Positions 59,883 to 64,000 of a DNA stretch of 64,000 bases are shown here, piece after piece. Both the position numbers and the translations under genes were made by a program. The notes below the pieces were generated by a model. It was not told the DNA's origin and searched no databases. It was given only the letters and a program-made list of their open reading frames with translations. Positions within the stretch are counted from its first letter, which is position 1, and every line of letters begins with the position of its first letter. Where the stretch lies: the NCBI GenBank assembly GCA_030390025.1, contig CM059431.1:128528001-128592000 (forward strand). The letters run 5' to 3'. Origin of the DNA: Squalus acanthias (lineage: Eukaryota).

Positions 59883-59938
59883 TATTGTAAAAGTCATTTT
59901 AACTACTGCTAATAAATTAAATTTTCAAAAGAGTCATA

Positions 59939-60825
59939 GGGCTAAAAATTGAGTAGCGCCCTCTTTGGGGCGCTAACTTCGCCGGGGCACACCCCCACGA
60001 TGGAAGTTGAGTGGTAGCGCCGCAAGAGGGAAGCGGGGCGCTACTGGAAGCGCCCCGCCTGCCTCTTGGGGCGCTGTGAGGGAATATCGCGGTGCTATGT
60101 GGCGCAGCGGCACGTCGCGCCGCGATATTGCAGGCCTTCCTCCCCTTCTTAAAGGGGAGGGGCCTTGCGCAGCGCGATCCGGGGCCCAGCTGGGCCTCCG
60201 GGGATCGGGAGTGCCGGCAAAAGAGCCTGGCGGACAGATTTCACAGGCCTTCGGGAAACACGACAGCTGAAAGAAGGCGAGAAGGGCTGAATCCATGAGG
60301 TAAGTGCCTTTACAGCACTGCTTGTGGGCCAGGAGGAGCAGGAGTGCTCCCTCTAGACCCAACAATCTACCAGTAAACCCCACCCCCCACAATCTGTCTG
60401 ATGCTCCCCTCCACCATCAGATCCCCCTTGACCACCATCGACCCCCCTGACCACCATCGGACCGCCCCCACCCCCCACCCCTCCGCAATCGGATCCCCCC
60501 CCCAAATCGGGGACCCGATCGCACGATCCGGAAACAGTCCTCCGTGATCGGGACCTCTCCCAAAATCTCTCTCACTCCGCCAATACACTTACCTGCACTT
60601 GTAGACTTCGGCCTTGCTTCCCGCCTGAAAGGCCTCCAGCCTGTCAATCAGGCTGCCTGTGGCTGGGAACCCCACAGAAAGAAAATTAAAGGAGCCCTAC
60701 AGTTAAATTCTGCAGGACATTCGGGAAACCCATTCTTCTGGGTTTCCCGACCTCACAACAGCCAACTCCACCACCCCACCCCACACCCCCATGCAGAATT
60801 CACCTCCAGGCTAAAATCCTGGCCC
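59939..60825. mobile_element. CpG-rich Harbinger-type MITE (possibly chimeric)
   Basis: gggctaaaaatt start, aaaatcctggccc end, internal ggagcaggagtgctcc and cacttacc. Confidence 0.6.
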
Positions 60826-60874
60826 TAGTGTTCTGTCATTTCCTTTTTTTTTGCAAAGACAAAAGGAGGATCCT

Positions 60875-61455
60875 ACATAGATACATAGATACATAGAAGA
60901 TAGGAGCAGGAGTAGGCCATCCGGCCCTTCGAGCCTGCTCCGCCATTTAATGAGATCATGGCTGATCCTCCAATTCAGTATCCCGTCCCCGCCTTCTCTC
61001 CGTAACCCTTAACCCCTTTTGCCTGTAGAAATATATCTAATTCCCTCTTAAATATATTTAATGAGCTGGCGTACACTGCCCTCTGTGGCAATGAGTTCCA
61101 CAGGTTCACCACCCTCTGAGTGAAGAAATTCCCCCTCATTTCTGTCCTAAATGGTTTAGCCCTTATCCTTAAATTATGTCCTCTAGTTCTGTTCTCACCC
61201 GCCAAGGGAAACATTCCTTCTGCATCTAGTCTGTCTAGACCTGTCAGAATTTTATACACTTCTATGAGGTCCCCTCTCAATCTTCTAAACTCCAGTGTGT
61301 ACATCCCTAAACTACATAGTCTCTCCTCATAGGTCAATCCCGCCATTCCTGGTATCAGCCTGGTGAATCGCCGCTGCACCCCCTCCATGGCAAGAACATC
61401 TTTCCTCAGATGAGGCGACCAAAACTGTACACAGTACTCGAGGTGTGGTCTCACT
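60875..61455 (-). mobile_element. CR1 3' fragment
   Basis: ORF 60975-61454; (acatagat)n tail. Confidence 0.93.
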
Positions 61456-61565
61456 GTGGGGGCCTGTGATAGAAACAGTAATTAAAGTCATCTAAAGAAA
61501 ACATTTCTGTGTTACCTTGCATGCTGTATCAAACTTAGATATCATGCAAAGTGTAAATATTCTTG

Positions 61566-62226
61566 GGGCCTAGAAATTCCTTTCAGCCATTTTTAAAGCA
61601 CCAAATGGGGGCAGGGAATGAGGGAGGAATAAACAGGTGTTATGAATGAGGGAATGTGGGTGCCTAAAGAGGAAGGCCCAAGGTTCACAAGAAATTTGTC
61701 CTTGGGCTTCATCAGGCGAGCTGCCAGCACCTGCCTCTACAGATGGAAGAATGCAATTTTGTGCTGCCTGCCTCGTCGGCAGCAGCCCTCTCATAAATGC
61801 TGGGAGGTGAGCGGGATAGTGGCCAGCAGTGGCTGTCAGGTGTACAGTGGAGTCGGGTGGAGCATTCCTGCTCGTCCTGCCACCACAGCAATTAAAAAAA
61901 TAATAATTTCACTTACCTTATCAGTGGCGGTCACTGGCTAGGCCTCACCCACGTCCAGAAAACCCCAGCACAAGGTTTGCTTCGCTTAAGGCAGCCCAAT
62001 TGCTGTAAAAAGATCCTTAAACAGCTGTTATGCCCCTCGTTAGCGTATGCAAGAAGGCTAACGCCTGTTTTAGGCAGCCGTCCAGGATGCCTGATAAATG
62101 GCCCAACACAATTTGGGTCGGATGGTTTCAGGCATCCTTGGGGCACAGGATGTTGTGCCCCAAAATTGGTCCTTTTGCGCCTATTTTACGCCTGTAAAAC
62201 GGGCAACGAGGACCAATTTCTACCCC
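61566..62226. mobile_element. Harbinger-type MITE
   Basis: gggcctagaaatt / aatttctacccc termini; internal cacttacc. Confidence 0.65.
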
Positions 62227-62763
62227 AGTGAGTGAGGGTAAACCTAAGGGAGAAGCCTGAAACACAGAAACCAAAACTAATGGTAAAAATCTAAAATGAC
62301 AAAAAAAATTTAACTGGCTATTGTAGCACTTTTCTTGAAATGTTTTCAGCAGGGAGGTATGTGACACACAAAAGCAATTGACTGTATAATCCTGCTGACT
62401 GCACTATAAAAACTATAAACGTTTAATGTATTTGTCTGATTCAGATGGTGTAAGTGGACAATGCAGTTGTCGAATTGAAACAGTTCATTTACAACAGCCC
62501 AGGGCAATCACACAGGCATTTATTTTTATACGTGGTCCAATACAATTCACAAAACCTATTTTTCAAAGTTTTCTTTTCTGTTATGAGTCCTTTCTCTATC
62601 ATACCATCTTGCCCTTTGATTCCCTACAATAATATCAGATGGAAAAAAATGCAGTGTCTATCAGCTTACAGAAGTTTCATTCAAATGGCATAAAATGGCA
62701 TAACTCACAGTTCAGACCCCATCAGTTTGGCCATCTGGCTACATCCGATAACCTTATTTTCTT

Positions 62764-63340
62764 TGGGCTAGAAATTCATTATAACCCAGGAATGGGCGGT
62801 ATCTTTAGAAAAGTTTGAGAATTAGCGCCAGGCGCTAATGCTTTAGACTGCATGCAAAATTCATTCTCACTGCTCAAAGAAATGATTGGGGCACTAATTC
62901 AGGTCTTAAAGGCTAGCTCAGTGGTGTTACACTGAAAGGGTGGACCAATATCGGGTACAGTCGAATCTCAACTCATCATTGCCACAGTCTTTTCCCTGTA
63001 CTTAAAGGGAGGCTCATTGATACTGCAGCACCTCATTCTCAGCATTGCTGGCTGTGCAGCTGCCTCAGCAAGAAGAAGCACAACAAGGAGAAGGAGCCGG
63101 AGGACTGAAGCAGGTGTGCTCATGGCAGATCCACCTCAGACAGGTGGTCAGGGTGATTGAAGGCTTCACCAAATGCTACATACCACCATCTGTACCACAA
63201 GCTTCACACACTGCCCAAAGCACCACACCCCCAGTGCTCACCCACCAACAATCTCTACCTACCAACACTCATACCCACATCTCATGCCTTGCACACAATG
63301 ACAGCTATTCAACTATGGCAGGCACAAGGATCATTAATTA
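62764..63340 (+). mobile_element. Internally deleted Harbinger derivative
   Basis: gggctagaaatt start; similar to 10325-10830. Confidence 0.5.
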
Positions 63341-63479
63341 TTAGAATGAATGTGATATGGTTATGCATACATTTATTAATGGAGTTTGCAATATATTGTG
63401 GTCTCTCTCATTTCACCTTTGTGCTCAGGAGGACACTGTGATATGGCATGACACAGGAGTGGTATGATGGGCATGTGGT

Positions 63480-64000
63480 GAGCAAAGGGGATCTGGGGTT
63501 TAAGTCATCCTGGTGTGAGGCTGGAGGTCTGTTTGGAGGAGGTGGCAGAGTTCTGTGACCACCACCTTGGTGATGTGGAGCCATCTAATACACTGCTCCT
63601 CGCTTAATTGAAGGTAGGAGAAGTGCTATCGGAATACCTTTGGAGGGTAAGGCCTCCTCGTAAGAGCCCTGATATCCCACCTCATCCCTCTGCGCACATG
63701 TTCCCGTATTTCTCGCTGCCTACATTCCCTCCACCATAGATCCTGGAGGGCGAGGTGGCATGCCAGTACAGCCCCCATTAATGTTACCAAGTGTAGCAGT
63801 TTGAATCTTTGAGCAATAAATGTAGCTACTTTGCACTTGCCAGAAGACTGCTGATACAAAAGAAGCTTGAAATTATTCATTCAAACTGTTCCACTGGGTG
63901 AAACTGATAAGAAACCACTGAAACTAACCTGCCCTGACAGCTGCGAGTGATTAATGCTGATGCCTTTAAATAACATCGCTGGAGCCGGCTTCCTGCAGCT
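63480..64000 (-). mobile_element. Harbinger transposase N-terminal relic
   Basis: MGAVLA...RRPYPPKVFR*HFSYLQLSEEQCIR, matching the RPYLAHRVYR..SFLDMSEHQC region of H2. Confidence 0.65.

Noticed and set aside
59939..60600. CpG-island promoter of a host gene
   Set aside because: CpG richness lies within a TIR-bounded MITE; no downstream host exons are identifiable.

Overview
This is vertebrate genomic DNA, most likely from a cartilaginous fish. That assignment is inferred from the repeat spectrum (DeuSINE/SacSINE1-like SINEs, abundant CR1 with ATAGAAAC-type tails, L2, Penelope, Tx1, Harbinger). The window is almost entirely nested, mostly decayed transposable elements, and I cannot confidently identify any host protein-coding gene. 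Main components: a Tx1/L1-clade LINE (1-5630, runs off the left edge); about ten CR1 copies, including a near full-length one (42.2-50.9 kb) and a young one with an uninterrupted RT ORF (45.2-47.2 kb); L2 elements; a Penelope-like RT/GIY-YIG element; three minimal hammerhead-ribozyme motifs; two two-gene Harbinger transposons (transposase plus a convergent three-exon Myb/SANT gene) and many Harbinger MITEs; a near-intact hAT with an 8-bp TSD; and two solo LTRs with 4-bp TSDs. The most unusual observations are: (i) a CR1 flanked by a 184-bp near-perfect duplication that places a MITE promoter-like cassette and an in-frame ATG in front of an intact RT ORF; (ii) a Tx1 5' end joined directly to the tRNA-like head of a DeuSINE, suggesting possible target specificity; (iii) a Penelope-end/inverted Harbinger-exon chimeric insertion; (iv) a four-level insertion nest. 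Boundaries defined by TSDs are exact; other boundaries are approximate. All family calls come from motif recognition, not from database searches.
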